Shown here piece after piece: positions 12,183 through 21,622 of a DNA stretch of 64,000 nucleotides. Each line of letters starts with the position of its first letter. The first letter of the stretch is position 1. The stretch comes from Thermodesulfobacteriota bacterium (GTDB lineage: Bacteria; Desulfobacterota_D; UBA1144; Nemesobacterales; Mycalebacteriaceae), in contig OZ245366.1 in assembly GCA_965226585.1 (NCBI GenBank), positions 608,001 through 672,000 on the forward strand, written 5' to 3'. The notes below the pieces were generated by a model. The model made no database searches. It was given only the letters and a program-made list of their open reading frames with translations, and had not been told where the DNA came from. Position numbers and translations under genes: made by a program.

Positions 12183-12654
12183 GAAACGCCCCCGAAAAAA
12201 CACCAAAATATCCGGCGGCGGCAACGGCGGGGGCGGCGAGAAACCCCGCGTAAACGTCATCAAGCACTATCCCCCAGCCGCCCGGAAGTTTTTCAATCAG
12301 GCGCGAGGGATAGACTTTCACGATGTCAAAAACCCTGAACAGAACAAAACCCAGAACTATCTCTCCCGCTCCTCCCGAAGACAGAAGCATTGCGGCAAAA
12401 AATCCCGCCGCTTCGTCAATAACAATTTTTTGAGGGTCGCCGCCGCCGAACGCGGTTTGCGCCTTTGCGCACACAAATACTGACACAAGCGTGAACGCGG
12501 CGCAGAAAACGGCGAACTCTGCCGCGCCGAGGTTTTTGAGAAAAAACGCGTAGACAGCCACAGCCCCCGCCGTTCCCGCCGTTCCCGGAGCGACAGGAAA
12601 ATAGCCCAGACCGAAAAGCGAAGATACGATTTTTGCGGGTGTTCCCGGTTTCAG
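12175..12654 (-). CDS. pgpA: Phosphatidylglycerophosphatase A
   Basis: GLGYFPVAPGTAG, DPQKIVIDE, FRVFDIVK, GIVLDDVYAG. Start uncertain; an in-frame CTG at 12654 overlaps the ogt stop. Confidence 0.88.
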   Translation of the reverse strand: MKPGTPAKIVSSLFGLGYFPVAPGTAGTAGAVAVYAFFLKNLGAAEFAVFCAAFTLVSVFVCAKAQTAFGGGDPQKIVIDEAAGFFAAMLLSSGGAGEIVLGFVLFRVFDIVKVYPSRLIEKLPGGWGIVLDDVYAGFLAAPAVAAAGYFGVFSGAFLG

Positions 12655-13175
12655 TTTCGCGCTCCGGATTCCACTTCGAGAAGTGTTTTTTTCATCTCCG
12701 CCCCGCCTCCGCCGCTGTATCCTCCCGCCCCTTTCGCGCCGACAACCCTGTGGCACGGAATGAGTATCGGGAAAACGTTTGCCGCAAGCGCGCCCGCGAC
12801 CGCTCTGCGGTATTTTACTCCGCCCGCCGCCTCCGCGATTTCCGAATATGTTCTGGTTTGCCCGCGCGGTATTTTCGCCGTTTCTCTCCACACGCGCAGG
12901 CGGAACCGCGAAGCTTCGGGAAGCACCGCCCCGCGAAGAGGCGGATTGAGCCCGCTCTCTTTGAGGCACGCAGACACGTCTGAGAGCGCGGAGTCAAGCG
13001 CGCGCTTGGTTTCAGGGGGAATTCTCCCGGCGCGGGAAGCGGGTTTTTTCTCAAGCCCGACCGATATGCGGCGAAGCCCTTGCCTGTCTGCGTAGGCGGT
13101 TACGAAAATACCGCGCTCAAATTCAATCGTTTTGGAAAAAAGGAAGGTTTGTTCCATTTGAGAAAACCGCTCCAT
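12651..13175 (-). CDS. ogt: Methylated-DNA--protein-cysteine methyltransferase
   Basis: IPRGQTRTYSEIA, RAVA and the active-site IPCHRV. The start may be 13157. Confidence 0.92.
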   Translation of the reverse strand: MERFSQMEQTFLFSKTIEFERGIFVTAYADRQGLRRISVGLEKKPASRAGRIPPETKRALDSALSDVSACLKESGLNPPLRGAVLPEASRFRLRVWRETAKIPRGQTRTYSEIAEAAGGVKYRRAVAGALAANVFPILIPCHRVVGAKGAGGYSGGGGAEMKKTLLEVESGARN

Positions 13176-13185
13176 AATCTATAAT
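13158..13185 (+). promoter_or_regulatory. Putative parAB promoter (TTGAGA-N16-TATAAT)
   Basis: Near-consensus -35 and perfect -10 about 95 nt before parA. Confidence 0.6.
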
Positions 13186-13279
13186 TGCGCGGAAGGCATT
13201 GCAAGAACAGTTCCGTTTCCGAATTGAACATTTTACACCACATCCGGGGGCTACGCGCAGATTCACAGGGAACTTTCCC

Positions 13280-14071
13280 ATGGCAAAGATTATAGGGGTT
13301 GTGAATCAGAAGGGCGGCGTGGGAAAAACCACGACCGCGGTCAATCTTTCAGCAAGCCTCGCCTTGCTGAGACAGAAAACCCTGCTTGTGGATTTCGACC
13401 CTCAAGGCAATTCTTCAAGCGGCGTGGGTGTTGACAAAAACGACCCGGACATTGCCACGGTCTACGATGTGCTTACGGGCGAAAGCCCGCTTGAGCCGTC
13501 AATCAGAAAAGTTTATCCTGACTTTTTCAAAGACATGTTTGACGTTCTGCCGTCAAACTCGCAGCTTACCGGGGCGGAGGTTGAGTTTCTTTCAATTGAA
13601 GACAGGGAGAACGTTCTCAAAAACCGTTTTTCAGAGGTTCCGGACTCCTACGATTACGTCATCATAGACTGTCCGCCTTCGCTGAACATACTTTCCATAA
13701 ACGCCCTTGCGGCGGCGGACTCGGTGATAATTCCGGTTCAGTGTGAATACTACGCGCTTGAAGGGGTTGCCCACATCCGCAACACGCTTTCTCTCGTGCG
13801 GCGGCGCATCAATCCCGCTTTGAGCGTTGAAGGTTATCTTCTGACTATGTTTGACACGCGAAACAACATCTGCCACGCGGTTGCCCGCGAAACGCGCAAC
13901 CATTTCGGGGCGGAAACTTTTGAGACGGTAATATCGCGCACCGTCCGCCTTGCGGAGTGTCCGAGCCACGGCAAACCGCTTATTGTTTATGAAAGTAATT
14001 CCCAGGGGGCGCAAGATTATATGTCGCTTGCCGGGGAGATAATAAAGAAAAACGGAGGTGTTCAAACTTGA
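13280..14071 (+). CDS. parA: Chromosome partitioning ATPase ParA/Soj
   Basis: NQKGGVGKTTT, DFDPQGN, IDCPPSL, PVQCEYYALEG; ATG at 13280. Confidence 0.96.
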   Translation: MAKIIGVVNQKGGVGKTTTAVNLSASLALLRQKTLLVDFDPQGNSSSGVGVDKNDPDIATVYDVLTGESPLEPSIRKVYPDFFKDMFDVLPSNSQLTGAEVEFLSIEDRENVLKNRFSEVPDSYDYVIIDCPPSLNILSINALAAADSVIIPVQCEYYALEGVAHIRNTLSLVRRRINPALSVEGYLLTMFDTRNNICHAVARETRNHFGAETFETVISRTVRLAECPSHGKPLIVYESNSQGAQDYMSLAGEIIKKNGGVQT

Positions 14072-14958
14072 GAAAAAACACACTTGGCAGAGGGCTTGAA
14101 TCTCTCATTCCGGAAGGCGGCGCTGATGCCGGAAGTCAGAAGGGGCGGCTTTCCCTTCCCCTCGAACGGCTCAAACCCGGAGCGGGACAGCCCAGAAAAA
14201 GTTTTGATGACACCGCGCTCGGCGAACTCGCGGACTCAATAAAAGAGAAGGGGCTGATACAGCCGCTGATTGTTAGAAAGCACGGGGCGAAATACGAGAT
14301 AATCGCCGGAGAAAGGAGGTGGCGGGCGGCACAGAAAGCGGGTTTAAGAGAAGTTCCCGTTATCGTGAGGGAGATGGCGGACGGCGAGTCCGTTGAGATT
14401 GCGCTTATTGAGAACATTCAGCGCGAAGACCTCAACCCGTTTGAAGAGGCGGGCGCGTACGAAAGGCTTCTTGACGAGTTTGATTTGACCCACGATGAGG
14501 TCGCAAAACGTGTCGGCAAAAGCAGGGCGGCGATTACAAACCAGTTGCGGCTTTTGAAACTTTCCCCGCCCGCCCGGGAGGCGCTTCTGTCGGGGCGTAT
14601 ATCAATGGGTCACGCGAGGGCTGTTTTGGGTCTCAAGTCCGGAGCGGATGAGCAGGCGGCGGTTTCAAAGACAGTCTCGGGCGGCCTGTCTGTGCGGCAG
14701 ACAGAAACGCTTGTGAGAAAAATAAACTCAGGCGGCAGAAAAGGGGGCGGCGCGAAACAGGCGGACATATATTTGAAGCAGGCGGAGCGCGCCATACGCG
14801 AACGGCTTGGAGCCAGAGTGAAGATAGAGGGCGGAAGGGAGAAGGGCAGAATTGTTATCGCCTATTCGTCTGCAGATGAACTTGAGAGAATTTCTTTTGA
14901 GATGGCGAATGAGTCTCCCCTGCCTTCGGGCGGTTCGGGCGGGGGAACGGCGGAATGA
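14068..14958 (+). CDS. parB: Chromosome partitioning protein ParB/Spo0J
   Basis: LGRGL, QPRK, IIAGERRWRAA, ENIQREDLNP, GKSR. Confidence 0.96.
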   Translation: MRKNTLGRGLESLIPEGGADAGSQKGRLSLPLERLKPGAGQPRKSFDDTALGELADSIKEKGLIQPLIVRKHGAKYEIIAGERRWRAAQKAGLREVPVIVREMADGESVEIALIENIQREDLNPFEEAGAYERLLDEFDLTHDEVAKRVGKSRAAITNQLRLLKLSPPAREALLSGRISMGHARAVLGLKSGADEQAAVSKTVSGGLSVRQTETLVRKINSGGRKGGGAKQADIYLKQAERAIRERLGARVKIEGGREKGRIVIAYSSADELERISFEMANESPLPSGGSGGGTAE

Positions 14959-15227
14959 AAATGTTTGATGTGAAAATAGAGATTCGTCCGGCGGGAGGCG
15001 TGCTTGACCCTCAGGGCAAAACCGTTTTCTCCACATTGGAGAATCTGGGTTTTAAGGGCGTGAAATCCGTAACTGCGGGCAAACTGATAGAGTTGAGCGT
15101 AGAGTCCGGGGACAAACAATCGGCGGAAAAAGAGGCGCGGGAGATGTGCGAGCGGTTTCTCGCAAACCCCGTGATAGAGGTGTTTTCCGTTGAAGTTCAG
15201 CCGCGCGCGGAGAAGGGCGGTGGCTGA
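14955..15227 (+). CDS. purS: FGAM synthase subunit PurS
   Basis: VLDPQG and LANPVIE. Confidence 0.94.
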   Translation: MKMFDVKIEIRPAGGVLDPQGKTVFSTLENLGFKGVKSVTAGKLIELSVESGDKQSAEKEAREMCERFLANPVIEVFSVEVQPRAEKGGG

Positions 15228-15924
15228 GTTCGGCGTGCTTGTTTTTCCGGGCTCAAACTGCGATGCGGATTGCGTCAGCGCGGTCAGGGCTCTTGGCTAC
15301 GGAGGCGTGAGCGTTTGGCATGAGGAGACGTCTCTTGACGGCATTGACTGCGTTGTTATTCCCGGCGGCTTTTCCTATGGAGACTATTTGAGAACGGGGG
15401 TGATGGCGTCTTTTTCTCCCGTGATGGAGAGCGTGAAGGAATTTGCCGGCGAGGGCAAGCCCGTTATCGGAATCTGCAACGGGTTTCAGATACTCACCGA
15501 ATGCGGGCTTGTGCCCGGCGCGTTTGTGCGGAACTCGTCTCTGCGTTTTGTGTGTAAATGGACACACGTGCGCGTTGAGAACACGCAGACGCCTTTTACG
15601 GCGGAGTTCAAAAAGGGCGATGTGTTGAGAATTCCGGTCGCAAACGGAGAGGGGGCTTTTTTTTGTTCTGAAGACGAGGCGGCGGAGATGGAGAGTGAAG
15701 GGCGGGTTGTTCTCCGCTACTGCACAGAAGACGGCGAGGTGACTGCCGGCGCAAATCCCAACGGCTCTGTGGCTAACATAGCGGGTGTTTGCTCGGGCGG
15801 CGGAAACCTGATTGGAATGATGCCGCACCCTGAAAGGTGTTGCGACAAAACCCTCGGCGGCACAGACGGCGCGGGGATTTTTGAGTCGGCAGCGCGGTGG
15901 GTTTCAAAAAAACGCGAAGGGTAG
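15220..15924 (+). CDS. purQ: FGAM synthase glutaminase subunit PurQ
   Basis: FPGSNCD, PGGFSYGDYLR, GICNGFQIL, NPNGS, MMPHPER; GTG at 15220. Confidence 0.96.
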   Translation: MAEFGVLVFPGSNCDADCVSAVRALGYGGVSVWHEETSLDGIDCVVIPGGFSYGDYLRTGVMASFSPVMESVKEFAGEGKPVIGICNGFQILTECGLVPGAFVRNSSLRFVCKWTHVRVENTQTPFTAEFKKGDVLRIPVANGEGAFFCSEDEAAEMESEGRVVLRYCTEDGEVTAGANPNGSVANIAGVCSGGGNLIGMMPHPERCCDKTLGGTDGAGIFESAARWVSKKREG

Positions 15925-15984
15925 CCTGCGTTTTATCTTTGATTTTTCTGTGGTAGTTTTCCACCGGACGGAAGTTTTTTTGTC

Positions 15985-16218
15985 ATGCCTGAAGAAAACG
16001 GAAATTTTATAGACATCACGGGCGAAGTCTGCCCCATGACTTCAATCAAAACCAAACTCAAACTCAAAGGTATGCAGACGGGCGATGTGCTTGAGGTTCG
16101 CGTGAGCCGGGGCGAGCCGGTTGAAAACCTGCCCCGCACAATCGAGCGCGAAGGACACAAGGTTATTGAAATCAAACAGGAAGGCGATTTCTACACCGTC
16201 AGGATAGAGCGCGTCTGA
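15985..16218 (+). CDS. TusA/SirA-family sulfur carrier
   Basis: IDITGEVCPMT motif; 77 aa. Confidence 0.9.
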   Translation: MPEENGNFIDITGEVCPMTSIKTKLKLKGMQTGDVLEVRVSRGEPVENLPRTIEREGHKVIEIKQEGDFYTVRIERV

Positions 16219-16219
16219 T

Positions 16220-17161
16220 ATGAGGCAAGCCGCCGACATCGAAGACTTGCGAACCGAAGCGGTATCACGCTCAATCGTTGATTTTATCGGAAACACTCCC
16301 CTTATCAGACTTTCAAAACTTGCGCGCGGAATTCCGCAAGATGTTGAGATATACGCCAAAGCGGAATGGCTGAACCCCGGCGGTTCGGTGAAAGACCGCG
16401 CGGCTTTCAGAATGGTTTCAGAAGCCGTGGCAAACGGCGACCTGAAAAAAGGGCGCGTGATAATGGACTCGTCTTCGGGCAACACCGCCATCGCGTATTC
16501 AATGATAGGCGCGGCGCTGGGGTTTCCCGTCACAATAGTTACCCCGGCAAACATCAACCTTGAAAGAAAGAAAACCATTGAGGCGTTCGGCGCGGAGATA
16601 ATTCACTCTGACCCCATAGAAGGCTCGGACGGCGCGATTATGCTTGCCCACAAAATCAAAAACGAATCGCCCGACAAATATTTTATGCCCGACCAATACA
16701 ACAACCCTCTCAACCCTCTCGCCCATTACGACACAACCGCCCCGGAAATATGGGAGCAAACGGGCGGGCGCGTTACGCATTTTATAGCGGGAGTGGGAAC
16801 AAGCGGCACGCTGATGGGAGTTTCGCGGCGGCTGAAAGAGTTCAACCCGGAAGTGAAAACTCTGGAGATTCAGCCGGCGGAAGTGCTTCACGGTCTTGAG
16901 GGGCTCAAACACATGGAGACCTCAATAGTGCCGGGGATTTACGACCGGGGCGTGTTTGACGGCAGTATCAGTATCTCCACCGAAGATTCATACAGGATGA
17001 TGGAGGAGATGGTTAAGGAAGAGGGAGTGTTTATCGGACATTCCGGCGGCGCGGCGGTTTGCGGGGCGATAGAGGTGGCGCGCTCAATCACGGCGGGCGT
17101 TATAGTAACGGTGCTTCCGGACAGCGGATTCAGATATTTGAGCGAGAAACTGTGGTGGTAG
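16220..17161 (+). CDS. PLP-dependent cysteine synthase family protein (CysM-like)
   Basis: IGNTPL, NPGGSVKDR, SSGNT, DQYNN, GVGTSGT, PDSGFRYLS. Confidence 0.92.
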   Translation: MRQAADIEDLRTEAVSRSIVDFIGNTPLIRLSKLARGIPQDVEIYAKAEWLNPGGSVKDRAAFRMVSEAVANGDLKKGRVIMDSSSGNTAIAYSMIGAALGFPVTIVTPANINLERKKTIEAFGAEIIHSDPIEGSDGAIMLAHKIKNESPDKYFMPDQYNNPLNPLAHYDTTAPEIWEQTGGRVTHFIAGVGTSGTLMGVSRRLKEFNPEVKTLEIQPAEVLHGLEGLKHMETSIVPGIYDRGVFDGSISISTEDSYRMMEEMVKEEGVFIGHSGGAAVCGAIEVARSITAGVIVTVLPDSGFRYLSEKLWW

Positions 17162-17565
17162 AGATTTCAAAAGAAGCGTTTGAGGGAATGAAGGCGCACG
17201 CCGAGCGCGGATATCCCGAAGAGGTTTGCGGAGTTATGGCGGGCGGGGAAGCGCGAGTTTCGGTTTTTACCGAATGCCGCAACCTCAACACCGAAAGAGC
17301 GCGCGACAGATACGAACTTGACCCCGTTTCTTTCAACGAAGCGGACAGCGCGGCGAGGGAGAAGGGAATGGATATAGTCGGCATATACCACTCCCACCCC
17401 GACCATCCGGCGCAACCTTCAGAGACAGACAGGCAAAGGGCGTGGCCCGGATGGGGATACCTGATAATGTCAATAGAAAAGGGCGCTTTCAAAACCGCCA
17501 CTCTGTGGTATCTGAACGAAAAAACGGGCTTTTTCGAGCAAAGAGATTTTGTTGTCGGCGGCTAG
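17155..17565 (+). CDS. JAMM/Mov34 (M67) metallopeptidase, Mec-like
   Basis: YPEEVCG Glu plus YHSHPDHPAQPSETD (HxH-x7-S-xx-D); the GTG start overlaps the cysteine synthase stop. Confidence 0.92.
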   Translation: MVEISKEAFEGMKAHAERGYPEEVCGVMAGGEARVSVFTECRNLNTERARDRYELDPVSFNEADSAAREKGMDIVGIYHSHPDHPAQPSETDRQRAWPGWGYLIMSIEKGAFKTATLWYLNEKTGFFEQRDFVVGG

Positions 17566-17621
17566 TTTCGTCCGCTCCGTCCGCGCAAAAAGCAAAGGAC
17601 TTTATTTTCCAATTTTCTTTT

Positions 17622-17630
17622 TGTTATAAT
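17622..17630 (+). promoter_or_regulatory. Extended -10 promoter (TGnTATAAT) of the LysM-NlpC/P60 gene
   Basis: TGTTATAAT preceded by a T-rich tract. Confidence 0.55.
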
Positions 17631-17675
17631 GGCGCGAGCAGTCGGTTCTGCGGAAAACATTAGAGGGGTTTAGAG

Positions 17676-18710
17676 ATGAAAAGATTTTCAGTATTTGCGA
17701 TTATCGCTATTGTTGCGGGGGCGGTTTACACGCTGTTTCCCGGCGATTCCGTAACAACAACCGCGAATAAAGAGGCGTCCGCAGGCGAGCATTCCGGCGC
17801 GCTTGCCTACACTTACAAGATAAAAAACGGCGACTCGCTGATACTGATAGCGCGGAAATTCGGGCTGGATGTTGAAACGATTAAAGATGCCAACACCCTA
17901 AAAGACAGCGTCATATACAAGGGAGATCTTCTCGGCATTCCCGTTGACCCGAGTTCGGTCGCGTTTTTCTACACCGCCAAGCCGGGCGACACCATAACCT
18001 CAATCGCCCGCGCCCACGGCACAAGCGTTGAGCGCGTAATGAGGCTCAACCATATGGATGACGACTCTCTGATAGCGTCTCAAAAAATCCTCGTGAACCG
18101 CAACCCCGATTCGGACGCGAGATATGTTGTGTTTGAAATTGCGGATGGAGACACGCCGCAGGAAATTTCAAAAGCGTTCGGAGTCGGCATAAAAGAGATT
18201 GAGAAGATGAACGCCTCCCATCCGGGCTGGAAGGATCCGGGTTCGCACATCGTTGTTGACACTTTTGACTACAAATACTCTCCGCGCACACGCGACAGCA
18301 TTATAGACACGGCGAAACGCTATCTGGGCTCTCCCTACAAATACGGCGGAAACTCAACGAAAACCGGCATAGACTGCTCGGCTTACGTCAAAAAAGTGTT
18401 CGGCTTTTTCGGCGTTAACCTGCCCAGAACGGTCAGGCTTATGCACAAACACGCCGACGGGCTCTGGGTTGACAAAAACCGGCTTATGAAGGGCGACCTC
18501 GTTTTCTTTGAAACCGACAGACCCTTCCCCTCGCACATCGGCATCTACATGGGAGACGGCAAATTCATTCACGCCTCATCGGTGGGTGAAAAGGTTATAG
18601 TTTCGGAACTGTCCCGCCCCTACTACACGGAAACCTACATAGGAGCGAAGAGGATATACCTGCGCGACAGCGACACGGTTGCCTATCTGGATACCGAGAC
18701 GGAACACTGA
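17676..18710 (+). CDS. LysM-repeat NlpC/P60 peptidoglycan endopeptidase
   Basis: N-terminal signal or TM; three LysM-like units (YKIKNGDSL, YTAKPGDTI, FEIADGDTP); GIDCSAY, SHIGIY, FIHAS. Confidence 0.92.
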   Translation: MKRFSVFAIIAIVAGAVYTLFPGDSVTTTANKEASAGEHSGALAYTYKIKNGDSLILIARKFGLDVETIKDANTLKDSVIYKGDLLGIPVDPSSVAFFYTAKPGDTITSIARAHGTSVERVMRLNHMDDDSLIASQKILVNRNPDSDARYVVFEIADGDTPQEISKAFGVGIKEIEKMNASHPGWKDPGSHIVVDTFDYKYSPRTRDSIIDTAKRYLGSPYKYGGNSTKTGIDCSAYVKKVFGFFGVNLPRTVRLMHKHADGLWVDKNRLMKGDLVFFETDRPFPSHIGIYMGDGKFIHASSVGEKVIVSELSRPYYTETYIGAKRIYLRDSDTVAYLDTETEH

Positions 18711-18718
18711 ACGGGAAA

Positions 18719-19633
18719 ATGGACGGCGGCAAGGAGATAGATAACGCGGTCAAAGGCTTCCGGCGGTATCTGCAGTATGAGAGAAACCTGTCATCCAACA
18801 CAGTCCGCGCCTACATGACGGACATACGTCAGTTCACCGGCTTTGTGATAAAAAAACGGCTCAACCTTTTCTCAATGGATTTGAGGGATATGAACAGATA
18901 CGTGGAGTCTCGTTTCGCGCTCAATTCCAAAACTTCAACTGAAAGAAAACTTGCCGCCGTCAGGTCTTTTTTCCGCTTTCTGAACACCGAAAACATGACG
19001 GACGGCAATCCCGCGAAAAGCGTGAAAGCGCCGAAAAAAAAGAAACCGCTTCCGTCCTTTCTTTCCGTGGATGAGATAGACGCCCTCATGAGAGTGCTTC
19101 AAGACAGGGAGGGAAGTTTTCACCTGAGAAATGTGGCGATGTTTGAACTCGCGTACTCTTGCGGCCTCAGGGTTGGCGAACTTGTTTCCGTTAAGCCCGA
19201 TGATCTGGACTTCGGTCAGTCAACCGTGAGGGTTATGGGAAAAGGCGGAAAGCAGAGGGTTGTTCCATTCGGCTCAAAAGCCGCGAGCGCCCTCAAAGAG
19301 TATTTGCCCGCGCGCGGGGAGATGAAACCGAAAACCGATATGCTGTTTGTAGGTTCAAAAAAGACCGGAATAACATCAAGAAGCGTCTCAAGAATTCTGA
19401 AACGCTACGCTCTGGCTGCCGGAATCAACAAGAATGTTTCGCCTCACACCCTCAGGCACAGTTTTGCCACACACCTGCTCGCGGCGGACGGCGAAGGCTC
19501 TGAAAAACGCGACAAACTGAGGGCGATACAACTTATGCTCGGGCACTCAAGCCTTTCATCAACTCAAAAATATACGCACATATCTGTTGAACAGTTGATG
19601 AGCATATATGACAATACTCATCCGAGGGCTTGA
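18719..19633 (+). CDS. xerC: Tyrosine recombinase XerC
   Basis: [40 protein letters not shown]; conserved position before hslVU. Confidence 0.88.
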   Translation: MDGGKEIDNAVKGFRRYLQYERNLSSNTVRAYMTDIRQFTGFVIKKRLNLFSMDLRDMNRYVESRFALNSKTSTERKLAAVRSFFRFLNTENMTDGNPAKSVKAPKKKKPLPSFLSVDEIDALMRVLQDREGSFHLRNVAMFELAYSCGLRVGELVSVKPDDLDFGQSTVRVMGKGGKQRVVPFGSKAASALKEYLPARGEMKPKTDMLFVGSKKTGITSRSVSRILKRYALAAGINKNVSPHTLRHSFATHLLAADGEGSEKRDKLRAIQLMLGHSSLSSTQKYTHISVEQLMSIYDNTHPRA

Positions 19634-19634
19634 G

Positions 19635-20186
19635 ATGACAGACAGCGCGACCGCAACATTTCACGGAACAACCATTGTGTGCGTAAACAAAGACGGGCTT
19701 ACCGCCATGGGCGGCGACGGACAGGTTACGCTTGGCGATGTTTCCGTAAAGCACACGGCAAACAAGATACGGAAACTGCGTTCGGGCAAAGTGTGCGTGG
19801 GTTTTGCCGGCTCCACGGCGGACGCGATAACGCTTTTTGACAGATTTGAAACAAAACTTGAGGAGTTTGGCGGCAACCTTAAACGCGCCGCCGTTGAACT
19901 GGGAAAAGACTGGAGAACGGACAGAATTCTGCGCCGCCTTGAAGCTCTGCTTGCCGTTGCCGACAAGGAAAATATGTTTATAATATCGGGCGGCGGAGAC
20001 ATTCTTGAGCCTGATGACGGCATAATCGCCATAGGTTCGGGAGGGTCGTACGCAAGAGCCGCCGCGATTTCTCTCGTGAAGTTTTCAAATCTCAAAGCTG
20101 ATGAAGTGGTTCGCAATTCGCTTCTCACGGCGGCGGACATCTGCATATACACAAACGATAAAATACGCATTGAGACCGTTTCATAA
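19635..20186 (+). CDS. hslV: ATP-dependent protease peptidase subunit HslV
   Basis: HGTTIV (Thr1), [32 protein letters not shown]. Confidence 0.97.
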   Translation: MTDSATATFHGTTIVCVNKDGLTAMGGDGQVTLGDVSVKHTANKIRKLRSGKVCVGFAGSTADAITLFDRFETKLEEFGGNLKRAAVELGKDWRTDRILRRLEALLAVADKENMFIISGGGDILEPDDGIIAIGSGGSYARAAAISLVKFSNLKADEVVRNSLLTAADICIYTNDKIRIETVS

Positions 20187-21565
20187 TGAAGGGAGACTCA
20201 TTTTTTACACCGCGCGAGATAGTTTCCGAACTTGACAAGTACATCATCGGGCAGGACAAAGCCAAAAGGTCGGTCGCGATTGCCCTCAGAAACAGGTGGC
20301 GGCGGCAGAAAGTCAGCTCGGAGATGAGGGACGAGATTGTTCCCAAGAATATACTGATGATGGGACCCACGGGTGTCGGGAAAACGGAGATAGCCCGCCG
20401 CCTCGCTAAACTTTCTCAGGCGCCTTTTATCAAGGTTGAGGCGTCAAAATTCACCGAAGTCGGGTACATGGGAAGAGACGTTGAGTCCATGATACGCGAC
20501 CTTACCGAGATAGCCGTAAAACTGGTCTCCGATGAAGAGAGCAAAACCGTTCTCACAAAAGCCGAAGACATGGCGGAGGAGCGGATGCTTGACATTCTTC
20601 TGCCTCCCCCGGCGCCTGAACCTGAACCGGCGGGCGGTGAGGAAAGCGGCGCAGACGGCTCCCGCGCTGCGCGCGCGGAGTCTGCGGAAAAGACGAAAGA
20701 AAAACTGAGAAAACTTCTGAGGCAGGGGAAGCTGGACGACAAAACAGTGGATATTGAAGTTTCCTCAAACGCAACGCCGTTTCAGATTCTGGGAATGCAG
20801 GGAGCAATGGACGAGATAGACCTCAACCTTCCCGAAATGCTCGGCAGTCTTATGGCGAAGGGCCCGAAGTCGAAAAAACTGAAAGTTCCCGCCGCGATGG
20901 AGATTCTCATCAGGGAGGAATCTCAAAAACTTGTGGACATGGACAAGGTTGTGAAACTTGCCGTTGAGAGGGTTGAGAACACGGGCATCATATTCATAGA
21001 CGAGATAGACAAAATTGCCGGCGGAAAATCCAACTCCGGCCCCGATGTGTCAAGAGAGGGGGTTCAGCGCGACCTTCTGCCGATAATAGAGGGCTCAACG
21101 GTCAACACAAAGCACGGAATGGTCAGAACAGACCACATAATGTTTATCGGCGCGGGCGCGTTCCACGTTTCAAAACCGTCAGACCTGATACCGGAAATAC
21201 AGGGGCGTTTCCCCGTGCGGGTTGAGCTTGAGGCTCTCGGCAAAGACGAGATGGTAAAAATACTCACCAAAACGAAAAACGCTCTGGCAAAACAGTATGT
21301 TGCCCTGCTGAAAACGGAAGACGTCAACCTTGTGTTCAAGCCCGACGCCATTGAAGAGATAGCCGCGACCGCAATGGAGGTGAACAGTTCAAACGAAAAT
21401 ATCGGCGCGCGGCGGCTTCACACAATCCTTGAGACAATTCTGGACGAAATATCTTTTCAGGCTCCCGACATGACAAAGCGCAAGGTTGAGATAGACGCGG
21501 AATACGTCAAAGGAAAAATATCGGGAATTGCCGCCAACAGGGATTTGAGCAAATACATACTCTGA
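20186..21565 (+). CDS. hslU: ATP-dependent protease ATPase subunit HslU
   Basis: [48 protein letters not shown]. Confidence 0.98.
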   Translation: MKGDSFFTPREIVSELDKYIIGQDKAKRSVAIALRNRWRRQKVSSEMRDEIVPKNILMMGPTGVGKTEIARRLAKLSQAPFIKVEASKFTEVGYMGRDVESMIRDLTEIAVKLVSDEESKTVLTKAEDMAEERMLDILLPPPAPEPEPAGGEESGADGSRAARAESAEKTKEKLRKLLRQGKLDDKTVDIEVSSNATPFQILGMQGAMDEIDLNLPEMLGSLMAKGPKSKKLKVPAAMEILIREESQKLVDMDKVVKLAVERVENTGIIFIDEIDKIAGGKSNSGPDVSREGVQRDLLPIIEGSTVNTKHGMVRTDHIMFIGAGAFHVSKPSDLIPEIQGRFPVRVELEALGKDEMVKILTKTKNALAKQYVALLKTEDVNLVFKPDAIEEIAATAMEVNSSNENIGARRLHTILETILDEISFQAPDMTKRKVEIDAEYVKGKISGIAANRDLSKYIL

Positions 21566-21622
21566 TAAATCTCAAAGGCACAATGTTATGTATATTATCT
21601 GCGTTTCAGAGCGTGAAATCCG

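Noticed and set aside
12655..12969. N-terminal extensions in the ORF track for pgpA (also cinA, yajC, parA, hslV, pheS, vapB)
   Set aside because: They overlap neighbouring genes or promoters and lack family similarity; later starts fit better.
13176..14958. parS sites or oriC near parAB
   Set aside because: I found no TGTTTCACGTGAAACA-like palindrome and no DnaA-box cluster by eye.
17155..17565. JAMM protein as part of a CBASS or Bil-type ubiquitin-like defence system
   Set aside because: No CD-NTase, E1 or E2 genes nearby; coupling to cysteine synthase and TusA points to sulfur metabolism.
18719..19633. Tyrosine recombinase as a phage or island integrase
   Set aside because: Size, motifs and the xerC-hslVU-argB context indicate chromosomal XerC; no att sites or cargo.
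21566..21622. ArgR box upstream of argB
   Set aside because: AT-rich, but a poor match to the TGAAT-n-ATTCA dyad.
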